Assembly: GCA_018303825.1 (NCBI GenBank)
Contig: JAGVXK010000018.1
Location: 5,840-69,839 of the forward strand
Length of the DNA stretch: 64,000 nucleotides
Direction: 5' to 3'
DNA from: Candidatus Pacearchaeota archaeon
GTDB lineage: Archaea > Nanobdellota > Nanobdellia > Pacearchaeales > GW2011-AR1
In this document: piece after piece, positions 56,891-64,000 of the stretch
Layout: every line of letters starts with the position of its first letter
Numbering within the stretch: the stretch's first letter is position 1
Translations under genes and position numbers: made by a program
Notes under the pieces: generated by a model
Told to the model about the DNA's origin: nothing
The model's input: only the letters and a program-made list of their open reading frames with translations
Database searches by the model: none

Positions 56891-57371
56891 AAATGTTGGA
56901 TGGATGTTATTAGGAATATCTGTTGTAATAGGAGTATTTATCTTTTTATTCAATAGCACATTGATGGGGGCTGTAAAAAATGCCTGTTTTATACAGCACG
57001 GAGATTTCAAATCTTGCGAGATGTATGACAGTGTGAATTATCAGACTTATTTTGCTCTTGGTATCACGGGTATAATGGTAATTGTCAGTTTGTTTCTGAT
57101 ATTCTCGAAGTCGAACGAAAAGATAATAGTCAAGAAAGTAAAAGAGAAGAAGATTCAAAAAGAAGTCAATCTTTCATCTTTTAGACCTGAAGAAAAGCAA
57201 GTTTATAATCTTGTCAAAGAAAATGGTGCTATTTTTCAGGGAGATTTAATTGAAAAGACTGAATTTAGCAAAGCCAAAATGACAAGGATTGTTGACAAAC
57301 TTGAGGGCAGCGGTCTTGTGGAAAGAAAAAGAAGGGGCATGACGAATGTTGTCGTGCTAAAGGAAGATTAA
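56880..57371 (+). CDS. Membrane-anchored MarR/TrmB-like winged-helix protein
   Basis: Two N-terminal TM helices flanking CFIQHGDFKSCEMY. C-terminal EKQVYNLVKENGAIFQGDLIEKTEFSKAKMTRIVDKLEGSGLVERKRRG. Confidence 0.6.
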   Translation: MENKNVGWMLLGISVVIGVFIFLFNSTLMGAVKNACFIQHGDFKSCEMYDSVNYQTYFALGITGIMVIVSLFLIFSKSNEKIIVKKVKEKKIQKEVNLSSFRPEEKQVYNLVKENGAIFQGDLIEKTEFSKAKMTRIVDKLEGSGLVERKRRGMTNVVVLKED

Positions 57372-57386
57372 TAAGATGGAGAAATC

Positions 57387-57629
57387 ATGAAAGAAAAAGA
57401 AAGCAATATTGTCCTTGCAGTAGTGATTGTTTTAGTTATCTTGTTATTTTTTGGAGGATTTGGCATGATGGGTTTTTGGGGAGCAGGAATGATAAGTGGA
57501 TTTTTTGGTGGATTTGGGTTTATGTGGATATTTGGATGGATGATTACGATATTAATATTAGTGGCTCTAATCCTATTCATTTTGTGGTTAGTTAAACAGT
57601 TACAAGGAGGTAAAAAGAAAAATGGGTGA
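57387..57629 (+). CDS. Small Gly/Phe/Met-rich membrane protein
   Basis: GGFGMMGFWGAGMISGFFGGFGFMWIFGWMI. Confidence 0.45.
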   Translation: MKEKESNIVLAVVIVLVILLFFGGFGMMGFWGAGMISGFFGGFGFMWIFGWMITILILVALILFILWLVKQLQGGKKKNG

Positions 57630-57885
57630 TAAATTAGATGCGAAAAAGGCAGGATTAGCTTTGGCTATTGTAGCAGGTATTGCTTATATTGCCTGTGCGA
57701 TATTAGTTGCAGTTGCGCCGCTGGGAACAGTCAATGTGCTCGGGGCCTTATTTCATGGGATAGATATAAGCGAGATAGCAACTACACCAACTCTTGGAAG
57801 AACATTTTTGGGATTGATTGAGATATTTGTACTTGGTTATATTCTCGGCTGGTTGTTCGGAGTTATTTACAATAAAATAAAGTAG
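57622..57885 (+). CDS. Small membrane protein (DUF5676-like, from memory)
   Basis: 87 aa, two or three TM helices. ...AYIACAILVAVAPLGTVNVLGALFHGIDISEI. Confidence 0.4.
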   Translation: MGDKLDAKKAGLALAIVAGIAYIACAILVAVAPLGTVNVLGALFHGIDISEIATTPTLGRTFLGLIEIFVLGYILGWLFGVIYNKIK

Positions 57886-57929
57886 TTTTGCGAACATTTA
57901 TATTTGTTATTTTTTATATATTTGCAAAG

Positions 57930-58643
57930 ATGACAGAATTAAGTAATTTTTTTAATCCTTGGATGGTATTTAGCATGATATTTTTACTAATTTGGATTAT
58001 ATTTTTTGTTTTCGCTAAAAAATCGAGGAAAGAGATGTTTTTGACAAGCATTCTAACAGCTCCATTTGGTTTAACAGAGATTTTATTTGTTCCCGAATAT
58101 TGGAACCCTCCATCTTTATTCAATCTCGCAGCAAAAACACGATTTGATATAGAAAGCATAATATGGTGTTTTGCTGTCGGAGGAATTGCAGCAATTTTAT
58201 TTGAATCTATATTCAAAGTAAGACACATTAAAATGAAGGACAAAGAGAGGCATAAAACAAGGCATAAATGGCACTTATTTACTTTAATATTGCCAATTCC
58301 AGTATTTTTAATTTTATTTTTCACTACATCACTAAATCCTATCTATACTTCAAGCATTTCAATGCTTGCTGGTGCAATTGGCTCACTCTATTGCCGTCCT
58401 GATTTAAAGAGAAAAATACTTTTTGGAGGTTTGTTATTTTTAGTTTTGTACTTTATAGCTTTCTTTTTGCTCGTTTTATTTTATCCAGGAATAGTAGAAA
58501 GTGTCTGGAACTTAAATGCTATATCTGGAATTCTTGTTCTTGGAGTGCCGTTAGAAGAATTAATATTTGCATTTACTTTTGGCATGATGTGGAGCAGCGT
58601 TTATGAGCATATTAGATGGTATAAATTATTGAGTTACCATTAA
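57930..58643 (+). CDS. Polytopic membrane protein
   Basis: About 7 TM helices. VPLEELIFAFTFG weakly recalls the PxEE motif of lycopene-cyclase-domain proteins. ATG at 57930 preferred. Confidence 0.4.
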   Translation: MTELSNFFNPWMVFSMIFLLIWIIFFVFAKKSRKEMFLTSILTAPFGLTEILFVPEYWNPPSLFNLAAKTRFDIESIIWCFAVGGIAAILFESIFKVRHIKMKDKERHKTRHKWHLFTLILPIPVFLILFFTTSLNPIYTSSISMLAGAIGSLYCRPDLKRKILFGGLLFLVLYFIAFFLLVLFYPGIVESVWNLNAISGILVLGVPLEELIFAFTFGMMWSSVYEHIRWYKLLSYH

Positions 58644-58731
58644 ACTATTTGTGACTAATTTCTTCTTTTAAAATGTATGGTGGAACTAGTTCCGCAAAAG
58701 TGCATATATAATTCAATTTCTTGGAAAAGTC

Positions 58732-59454
58732 ATGGAACACGAAAAATATCATGCTGAAGAGCATGACGATATGAAAGGAGGAAAAAAGTCCAACACTGAG
58801 ACTACAGTCCAGTATGTTATAATTGCGGTGCTTGTGATCTTACTTATTTACAGTGGAGTAAAGATATACGGAGCGGGCAGTTCTAGCATATCAGGAAATG
58901 TCGCTATGGATTTAGGCACAGTTTCTGCTTTAGATGTATTGCCAAAGGGAACACCTGCTGTTTATGGAAAAGAGCTTGGAGTATCATATAATGATGTCTC
59001 TGTAAGCAATCCGCAATTAGCAGATGCTACAATGCAAAAACTGGCAAAATATGAGGATATGCAATTAAATAGCGCGCAAATGGAGAGATACATAAGAATT
59101 GGGAGCTCGATTGCATGTGAGTATTGTTGCGGTGCTCAAACACTTGTCTTTGAGAATGGAGAAAGAGCTTGTGGATGTGCTCATAGTTATGCTATGAGAG
59201 GATTAGCAAAATATTTGCTAACTAAGCATCCCGATATAAGTGATATAGAAATCCTAAACGAACTAGGGAAATGGAAAGTTTTGTTCTTCCCAGGAGTTCA
59301 CGAGCAAAAAGCTGAAGTTTTGAAAGCAAATGGAATTGACTACACAAATCAAACTGTAGGATATATCTATCTTGCCTCAAACATATACCGGGGCGCAGAA
59401 AATCAGGCAACTGCAAGTTCAAGCGGAGGTAGTCAGATGGTTGGCGGATGCTAA
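58732..59454 (+). CDS. TM-anchored extracytoplasmic protein with CxYCCG...CGCxH motif and C-terminal MVGGC
   Basis: His-rich N-terminus MEHEKYHAEEHDD, one TM helix, CEYCCGAQTLVFENGERACGCAHS. Ends SSSGGSQMVGGC*. Confidence 0.65.
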   Translation: MEHEKYHAEEHDDMKGGKKSNTETTVQYVIIAVLVILLIYSGVKIYGAGSSSISGNVAMDLGTVSALDVLPKGTPAVYGKELGVSYNDVSVSNPQLADATMQKLAKYEDMQLNSAQMERYIRIGSSIACEYCCGAQTLVFENGERACGCAHSYAMRGLAKYLLTKHPDISDIEILNELGKWKVLFFPGVHEQKAEVLKANGIDYTNQTVGYIYLASNIYRGAENQATASSSGGSQMVGGC

Positions 59455-59514
59455 TAGGGGCTTTTATTTTTTTATTTTTCCCTTAGCATACAATTAAATA
59501 AAACAAGAGAAAAA

Positions 59515-59763
59515 ATGGATTGCTGTAATACAAAACAAAACACAAAGAAAGAAAACAGAGAAGAAAACATGAAAGGAGGTAGGGACATGACAAAGATTAA
59601 CAAAAATGTTCTGCTGTGGATTATAATTGGAGCACTAGTGATAGCCACAATATTCCTGACATTTAAAGCTTCATCGATAGGTACAAGTTCCGCACAAGCG
59701 ACAGCGTCAGCTGCCAGAACCGTAGCATCAACTGCATCTAGTGGAATGGTCGGAGGTTGCTAA
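59515..59763 (+). CDS. Small TM-anchored protein ending in MVGGC
   Basis: MDCCNTKQ...MKGGRDMTKINKNVLLWIIIGALVIATIFLTF, Ser/Ala/Thr linker, ends ASSGMVGGC*. Alternative start at 59569. Confidence 0.6.
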   Translation: MDCCNTKQNTKKENREENMKGGRDMTKINKNVLLWIIIGALVIATIFLTFKASSIGTSSAQATASAARTVASTASSGMVGGC

Positions 59764-59770
59764 AATTAAT

Positions 59771-60022
59771 ATGGAAATAAGAAAAAGCACATTATTATGG
59801 ATTGCAATCGGAGTATTGTTTTTAGCAGTGCTTTTTTTGATGTATAAAGCATCAACTATCTCTGGAAACGCAGTTTCTAGTTCTGGAAAGCTAGATACAA
59901 GTAGTTGGTCAGAAAATGAAAAGATGAATTATGAGATGCATGGAACAATTCCTGCAAGACTGCAAGGAAAAGTAGCATCATCTAGTGCATCAAGCGGAGC
60001 GGGAATGGTCGGAGGATGCTAA
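59771..60022 (+). CDS. Small TM-anchored protein ending in MVGGC
   Basis: MEIRKSTLLWIAIGVLFLAVLFLMYKAS..., ends SSASSGAGMVGGC*. The track start at 59741 overlaps the previous gene in another frame and was not used. Confidence 0.6.
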   Translation: MEIRKSTLLWIAIGVLFLAVLFLMYKASTISGNAVSSSGKLDTSSWSENEKMNYEMHGTIPARLQGKVASSSASSGAGMVGGC

Positions 60023-60079
60023 CAAAATTTAAACTTTTTATTTTTATTTTTTAATTTAATATTGAGAATTAAACACAAA

Positions 60080-60637
60080 ATGATAAAGATGAACATACGA
60101 AATAAGCAAGATAAAAACTATAAATTATTTGGATTTTTAATTTTAATACTATTCGGGATAATCACAGTTATACCTGGTGTTATGGCTCATTGCCCTCTTT
60201 GCACTGCAGCTACGGTCATTGGTGTAGGGGTAACAAGATCACTAGGATGGGATGATTCTATTGTAGGAGTATTTATAGGAGCAATGATAGTCTCTTTAGC
60301 TTTATGGGTGAATAATCTGCTAAAAAAGAAAAATATTGGAGGAGGCAATGCCATTCTAAGAATAATTAGCATAGTATTGCTTACCATTGCTCTTACCTTT
60401 TTGAGCTTTTATTATGCAGGAATATTCGGTCCAGCTAACATTTATAGGATATTCGGTATGGAGAAGATTACTTTTGGTGCAATATCCGGAGGCGTCGTAA
60501 GCTTGGCTACTTTTTGGATTAGCAATGAAATAAAGAGAAAGAACAATGGAGATGTTTTGTTCAATTATCAGACTATGGCTATTACATTTAGTGCATTGAT
60601 ACTTAACGCTTTAATATTTTGGATGGTGTTCAGATGA
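60080..60637 (+). CDS. Polytopic membrane protein with CxxC at the first TM helix
   Basis: VMAHCPLCTAATVIGVGV. Five predicted TM helices. Confidence 0.55.
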   Translation: MIKMNIRNKQDKNYKLFGFLILILFGIITVIPGVMAHCPLCTAATVIGVGVTRSLGWDDSIVGVFIGAMIVSLALWVNNLLKKKNIGGGNAILRIISIVLLTIALTFLSFYYAGIFGPANIYRIFGMEKITFGAISGGVVSLATFWISNEIKRKNNGDVLFNYQTMAITFSALILNALIFWMVFR

Positions 60638-61131
60638 AAACTAAAAACTTCATTAAAATAATACTTAAGATAAAAGAAAAGAATGAACTAGATTTATCAG
60701 CAGGAGAAGATTTAAGCATAGCCTTAATGAATCTTGTAAGCCTGGAAGAGCATTCTTTCTTTAGTTATGTCAAAACAAAAGATGAAAAGTTTCTTGAGAT
60801 ACTTGAAACATGCAGAGAATTAAGAAAAAGACTGCTTGCTAAATTAGTCAACAAAGATGAGAGCGAGACATGGTGCATGAGCAAGCACTTACTTGCTTCC
60901 AGCATGAGGATGTATGAAATCGGGAACAGACTCTTACATGAAAATAATATTGAAGAAGCTAAAAAATTATATACGGATGCAGCAGAACTATATGCTCTAT
61001 TTTGGAAACTTAATTTTGATAAAAATATGAGCAAGAAAGATACAATAAAGAGTTATGTGAGCTATAAAGATAAAGAAAAGAAGAGTGTTTTCTCTGGAAT
61101 TAAAAAACTGTTGGAGTGTTGTAAAGAATGA
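60634..61131 (+). CDS. Soluble helical protein ending in a CC pair
   Basis: ATGA overlap with the upstream gene. ...ALMNLVSLEEHSFFSY... Ends KKLLECCKE*. Confidence 0.5.
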   Translation: MKTKNFIKIILKIKEKNELDLSAGEDLSIALMNLVSLEEHSFFSYVKTKDEKFLEILETCRELRKRLLAKLVNKDESETWCMSKHLLASSMRMYEIGNRLLHENNIEEAKKLYTDAAELYALFWKLNFDKNMSKKDTIKSYVSYKDKEKKSVFSGIKKLLECCKE

Positions 61132-61583
61132 AAGAACATCACTATAATTATTTGTGGGCTGGAATTATATTAATATCTATACTCGGAACTTTCTTTCTAA
61201 TTAAGATGACTTATGCCAATCCTCTCAATCTGCCAAATTATGCATTTACTAAACAGGCTATAAAGGAAGCTTATTCGTATGCAAAATTAAATGAAAGTGA
61301 ACTTGACGGATTGCCTTGCAATTGCGGATGTATGATTGACGTAGCAGGTCATAGCGATGGATTACATTCAAGAGGATTGATAGATTGCTTTATGCAGGGA
61401 GATATAAACAATGGAGGCAAATGGGATAGTCATGCAAGTGAATGCGGATTATGTTATGAAGATGCGCTTTATGCAAAAAATCTGTATGAACAGGGAAAAG
61501 CCAAAGAAGATATTAAGCAAGCATTAGAAGCAAAATATGTGGCACAGACAATAAGCAACAACACAGTTTATGGGACAAAATAA
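61128..61583 (+). CDS. TM-anchored PCYCGC-motif-family-like protein
   Basis: LPCNCGCMIDVAGHSDGLHSRGLIDCF...HASECGLCYEDA resembles PCYCGC-motif (lipo)proteins (PF13798, from memory). Confidence 0.6.
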   Translation: MKEHHYNYLWAGIILISILGTFFLIKMTYANPLNLPNYAFTKQAIKEAYSYAKLNESELDGLPCNCGCMIDVAGHSDGLHSRGLIDCFMQGDINNGGKWDSHASECGLCYEDALYAKNLYEQGKAKEDIKQALEAKYVAQTISNNTVYGTK

Positions 61584-61584
61584 A

Positions 61585-61785
61585 ATGAATCATAAAGAAA
61601 AACACAATCATGGTATTGGGCATATGATAAAAATGGCTTTAGCCTGCATTATACCTTTCGCAATTATCCTTATACTCCTGCTTTTTGGCGTATCAAGTAA
61701 ATGGACAACAATTTGGGCTATCGGACTCATGATATTTCTTCATGTCTTGATGATGAAAGATCATTTTAGAGGAGACCCAAAGTAA
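61585..61785 (+). CDS. DUF2933-like His-rich small membrane protein
   Basis: MNHKEKHNHGIGHMIKMALACIIPFAIILILLLFG...LMIFLHVLMMKDH. Confidence 0.55.
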   Translation: MNHKEKHNHGIGHMIKMALACIIPFAIILILLLFGVSSKWTTIWAIGLMIFLHVLMMKDHFRGDPK

Positions 61786-61788
61786 AAA

Positions 61789-62214
61789 ATGGAAATTAAG
61801 AAATCTATTGTGTATGGAATATTGTCTGGATTAGGAATACTTTTATTCTTCCTTGCTATTTTAACTACATTTAAAGGTTATGGAATTGCAGTATATGAAT
61901 TCAAAAGATTATGGTATTGGCTTATCCCTTTGGCAATAGGTTTTGGAACTCAGATTGGCTTATATTTCTCAATAAAACACGATGCCATTATGAAAGCAGG
62001 AGTTAAGGCATCTGGGACAGTTTCTGGAGGTTCTATGGTTGTTTGCTGTAGCCATTATCTATTAAGCATAATTCCTATAATTGGCGTAACAGGGCTAACA
62101 GAGTTTTTAATGGCTTATCAAAAAGGATTTTTTGCCATAGGAATTACTTCAAGTATAGCTGGAATTCTCTTGATGTTAAATCATAAAAGAAAGATGAAAG
62201 GAGGATTATGCTAA
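61789..62214 (+). CDS. Four-TM membrane protein with intramembrane SGGSMVVCC motif
   Basis: GTVSGGSMVVCCSHYLLSIIPIIG. The vicinal Cys pair recalls MerT/MerF-type transporters, by analogy only. Confidence 0.5.
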   Translation: MEIKKSIVYGILSGLGILLFFLAILTTFKGYGIAVYEFKRLWYWLIPLAIGFGTQIGLYFSIKHDAIMKAGVKASGTVSGGSMVVCCSHYLLSIIPIIGVTGLTEFLMAYQKGFFAIGITSSIAGILLMLNHKRKMKGGLC

Positions 62215-62505
62215 ATGGAAGAGAAAGAGACAATACATATCAATGGAAAAGTAATCGGCGTAATAGTTATTTTATTGCTTCTTGTATCAGGCACTTTTTG
62301 GATATTCATTCTTCAAAAACAAGCTCATACCTCGCCAAATACGGGCGGAAACAGCAATACTGGTTTGACAACTGCTCCAGCGGATGATAAATATAGTAAT
62401 TTACCTGAGAAATGCAGACCACCGGCAGGAACAGATATAACCCAATGGAAAGAACATTTAGGGCATCATGCGGAATTTCAAGAGTGTTTAAAATATTTCC
62501 CATAG
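62215..62505 (+). CDS. TM-anchored small protein with Cys/His C-terminal domain
   Basis: One TM helix, then ...EKCRPPAGTDITQWKEHLGHHAEFQECLKYFP. Confidence 0.45.
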   Translation: MEEKETIHINGKVIGVIVILLLLVSGTFWIFILQKQAHTSPNTGGNSNTGLTTAPADDKYSNLPEKCRPPAGTDITQWKEHLGHHAEFQECLKYFP

Positions 62506-62514
62506 AAATTTAAA

Positions 62515-62736
62515 ATGCATAAACTAAAAATAAAAATAACTGGCTTGTATTGCGCAAGATGTGCTGAACAAATCTCTAAAATGATGTATGAGAAATTCAA
62601 AATAAAAAGGATAAACTTAGAAATGCAAGACCATATAATGGTTATATCCTCAAATTCAAGTATATTGCGGGGCAGATTAAATAAAGAGATAGAAAAGATG
62701 GGTTACGGCCCGATTAGCTTTTTGAAAGTTGACTGA
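62515..62736 (+). CDS. Heavy-metal-associated (HMA) domain protein
   Basis: MHKLKIKITGLYCARCAEQISK: a CxxC in the position of GMTCxxC within a 73-aa beta-alpha-beta-beta-alpha-beta-sized protein. Confidence 0.65.
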   Translation: MHKLKIKITGLYCARCAEQISKMMYEKFKIKRINLEMQDHIMVISSNSSILRGRLNKEIEKMGYGPISFLKVD

Positions 62737-62955
62737 AAAAATTTCTATAAAAGAGTATTTTAGTGCCTTTAAAGAGTTAGTGATTAGCCCATTTATCAGT
62801 CAGTGTGAATATTGCAAAAAGAGATTAAAAAAGGCCAATGTATAGAAAGAGTTGTTTTAGTTTACTGGGCAAGAGTAAACAGAAAAAAATACTTTTGTAA
62901 TTTAAAGCATGCAGATTTATACGAAAAAAGTAAGGGCTTATTGGGGTACAGATAA
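62729..62955 (+). pseudogene. Frameshifted small Cys-motif ORF (TRASH/zf-FCS-like) closing the operon
   Basis: TTG at 62729: MTEKISIKEYFSAFKELVISPFISQCEYCKKRLKK, then a frame change at A-run 62827-62832 gives GQCIERVVLVYWARVNRKKYFCNLKHADLYEKSKGLLGYR*. Confidence 0.3.
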
Positions 62956-62965
62956 ACCAGCCGGA

Positions 62966-63049
62966 TGCGGGGACTAGGATTCGAACCTAGGAAGGCACTA
63001 AGCCATCAGGTCCTAAGCCTGACCCGTTAGACCGCTCCGGCATCCCCGC
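62966..63049 (-). tRNA. tRNA-Leu (anticodon TAG) with long variable arm
   Basis: Acceptor GCGGGGA/TCCCCGC, anticodon arm GTCAGG-CTTAGGA-CCTGAT, T-arm TAGG-TTCGAAT-CCTA. Confidence 0.8.
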
Positions 63050-63158
63050 ACACATATGCGGGGTTTAGATGTTATAAAAAGCTTTTCTTTATCAACGAGC
63101 TGTAAAGTTAACGACACCCATTAGATAGATTTTTATAGGCAGAAAGAAGGAATTTGAG

Positions 63159-63728
63159 ATGGCTAAAGGCAATAATCAAGATAGTGTTGTTTCTGATGAA
63201 GAGAATGAAAGAATAGCAGAATTAATTAGATATTCTGAGAATCTTGGATGTTATTTTGAAAAAAATTCTTTAGATTACGACACTATTAATTTTCTTGCTG
63301 TTGGAAAGGTAATTGCCTGCTTAAATCAATATCGGGGAAGAAATGGTGCGGATATTAGGACTATGCTACGCACAGCGGTATATAGGGGATTTATTGATGT
63401 TCATAGAAGAAGAAGTAGGGAAGTGAGCCTTGATGAAGTTGATTCTGATGGAAGAAAAAAATTTGATTTTGACGAGGAATCTCGTTTAGATCAAAGAAGG
63501 GATTCATATCAGAGAGATTTTCTTTTAGAAAATGTGATAAGGGAAGCGATGTCAAAATTACCTCAAAGGCATAGAACTATCTTAGAATTAAGATTTTATC
63601 AGGGAATGACTTATTCTGAAATTGCCAGACTATTAGGTAGGAAGCAGTCAACTATAGGAACAAATATCTATTATGGTATAAAAAATCTTAAGAGGATATT
63701 AGCTGGTAAAATTGATTTTAGAAGTTAA
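63159..63728 (+). CDS. Bacterial-type sigma-70/ECF-like protein (regions 2 and 4)
   Basis: Region-4-like LPQRHRTILELRFYQGMTYSEIARLLGRKQSTIGTNIYYGIKNLKRIL. Region-2-like RTAVYRGFIDVHRRRSRE. Confidence 0.6.
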   Translation: MAKGNNQDSVVSDEENERIAELIRYSENLGCYFEKNSLDYDTINFLAVGKVIACLNQYRGRNGADIRTMLRTAVYRGFIDVHRRRSREVSLDEVDSDGRKKFDFDEESRLDQRRDSYQRDFLLENVIREAMSKLPQRHRTILELRFYQGMTYSEIARLLGRKQSTIGTNIYYGIKNLKRILAGKIDFRS

Positions 63729-64000
63729 TTATTTCTTGGCAGATGCCTTCTCTGTGGCTGCAACTTTTGCCTTTAATTTATCCTCAAAGCCAAGCCTGTC
63801 TATAAGTTCTTTGTATCTATTTCTGATTGTGACTTCTGTTATGCCTGCTACGTCTGCTACTTCTCTCTGTGTTTTCTTTTCATCATTCATCAATGCTGCT
63901 ACATATAATGCGGCTGCTGCAATGCCCGCCGGACCTCTTCCTGATGTCAACTCTGAGATATCTGCTTTCTTTAGAATCTTAAGAGCTTCATTCTGTGTTT
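63729..64000 (-). CDS. tfb: Transcription initiation factor TFB, C-terminal part (gene continues beyond window end)
   Basis: ...[54 protein letters not shown]. The frame stays open to position 64000. Confidence 0.9.
   Translation of the reverse strand, partial: TQNEALKILKKADISELTSGRGPAGIAAAALYVAALMNDEKKTQREVADVAGITEVTIRNRYKELIDRLGFEDKLKAKVAATEKASAKK

Overview
AT-rich (by eye about two-thirds A+T, not computed), densely packed archaeal chromosome fragment. Archaeal markers: RadA, TFB, aEF-1beta, aIF2-alpha, SRP54/FtsY, Bud32, Hef/XPF, RecJ/GAN-like, GINS-like, RPA-like, ribosomal proteins S3Ae/L44e/S15/S27e, Nop10, and an intron-containing tRNA. Small genes, abundant ATGA/TAATG start-stop overlaps and many orphan membrane or secreted proteins suggest a DPANN-like lineage; that placement is inference. 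Five tRNAs, no rRNA, no CRISPR array. Accessory content: (1) 4.1-7.5 kb, DUF4145-like gene, DDE transposase, and a Zn-ribbon/beta-class amino-methyltransferase/putative endonuclease R-M unit. (2) 7.6-9.3 kb, three tandem paralogous membrane proteins. (3) 10-22.8 kb, complete type-IV-pilus-like locus: secretion ATPase, polytopic platform protein, 10 ORFs with N(K/R)(K/R)G(E/Q) class-III-like signal peptides, A24 prepilin peptidase. (4) 32.9-35.5 kb, decay zone where an IS6-type element with an intact 8-bp target duplication interrupts a LAGLIDADG gene next to a broken GNAT gene. (5) 47-56.4 kb, surface-structure operon ending in 611-aa and 2051-aa proteins. (6) 56.5-63 kb, an ArsR-led operon of about 15 small Cys/Met/His-motif membrane proteins, three of them membrane-tethered proteins ending in MVGGC, with no recognisable pump or reductase. 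I rate (6) the best candidate for an undescribed system, then (5). All family assignments rest on motif recognition by eye and need profile-HMM or structure confirmation.
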